DNA of 64,000 nucleotides from Alphaproteobacteria bacterium UBA998 (GTDB lineage Bacteria; Pseudomonadota; Alphaproteobacteria; Rickettsiales; UBA998): NCBI GenBank assembly GCA_002291925.1, contig DBAY01000007.1, positions 7,853 to 71,852 of the forward strand, read 5' to 3'. Shown piece by piece: positions 63,577 to 64,000 of this stretch (position 1 is its first letter; each line of letters starts with the position of its first letter). The notes under the pieces were generated by a model. It saw only the letters and a program-made list of their open reading frames with translations, ran no database searches and was not told where the DNA came from. The position numbers and the translations under genes were made by a program.

Positions 63577-64000
63577 TTAACGGCCTGCGTCCGGGGCGTA
63601 CTGACGCTCGGCCCGCAGGCTACCGATGAGGCTATCCACCTCTAAAAGCTCGGGAAAACGGCTCTGGCCCGCGCGCCAGAGGCCGCGCACGGCCCGGTCG
63701 CGCGTCATGCGCGCCAGTTCCTTGGGCGTATGGCCCTCCAGCGGGGTGCGCGTCAGCAGCAAGGCGCGCAATCCGGCCTGTGTTTCTTCCGCGCTGAGGG
63801 GGCCGGGCGGGGCGTGGGTCTGCATGAGACGGCGGCCATCGAAGAGGGGGAAGGGGGCCTGCCCGGCCAGCAGGGCCAACAGCGCGGTGAGCGGGTCATA
63901 GGCCCCGTCCATGCCGGCGCGGGAGACTTTGGGCCGCCAGTTCGGATCATCCGGCGGGGCGACGGAGAGATGGGTGACATGCCCGCTCCCGTCATAGTTC
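63577..64000 (-). CDS. C-terminal part of an unidentified protein (the ORF runs off the window edge)
   Basis: The frame is open from 64000 down to the stop at 63577 (NYDGSGHVTHLSVAPPDDPNWRPKVSRAGMDGAYDPL...). The family was not recognised. Confidence 0.45.
   Translation of the reverse strand, partial: NYDGSGHVTHLSVAPPDDPNWRPKVSRAGMDGAYDPLTALLALLAGQAPFPLFDGRRLMQTHAPPGPLSAEETQAGLRALLLTRTPLEGHTPKELARMTRDRAVRGLWRAGQSRFPELLEVDSLIGSLRAERQYAPDAGR

Overview
The window looks like a high-GC alphaproteobacterial chromosome segment, with about 60 protein genes and one tRNA. GC content was judged by eye only, and all family calls come from motif recognition in the supplied translations. No database search was run.

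The housekeeping backbone is panE, cbp3-like/bamE, rnd, aspS, secA, a parvulin PPIase, argJ, mutT, a BioC-like methyltransferase with comF, ubiG, lysC, ptsP, rodZ-like/ispG/hisS, and prfA-prmC-DUF4167. Several lower-GC accessory patches interrupt it.

1. The most interesting region is a roughly 13 kb island next to tRNA-Arg(TCT), at about 5.3-18.5 kb.
   - It combines a Gtr/Arn-type periplasmic glycosylation module: a GtrA-like protein, a GtrB-like polyprenyl-phosphate glycosyltransferase, and a GT-C membrane transferase split in two.
   - It also carries a CDP-hexose tailoring pathway: rfbF, rfbG, an RfbH/E1-like 3-dehydratase with His in place of the PLP lysine, a YerE-like ThDP enzyme, an aminotransferase-GNAT fusion, a sugar O-methyltransferase and a GT61 transferase.
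2. Two tandem RTX paralogs are both decayed and share an unrecognised C-terminal module.
3. A lower-GC islet between aspS and secA holds a LuxR solo, a candidate structured RNA with an intrinsic terminator, and a lone zeta-toxin-like P-loop kinase.
4. The insertion (GAD) domain of aspS is encoded by a sharply low-GC segment about 0.5 kb long.
5. Several orphan proteins look effector-like. They include an HExxH protein, a paralogous pair of two-TM coiled-coil proteins, and a coiled-coil/Pro-rich/peptidoglycan-binding protein.
6. Three kinds of small repeats are present.
   - Palindromic units with GTCATTCC...GGAATGAC ends cluster after mutT and bracket hisS.
   - An element of about 80 nt is present twice.
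   - Heptamer arrays occur at two sites.

No CRISPR array, rRNA, integrase or transposase gene was seen.
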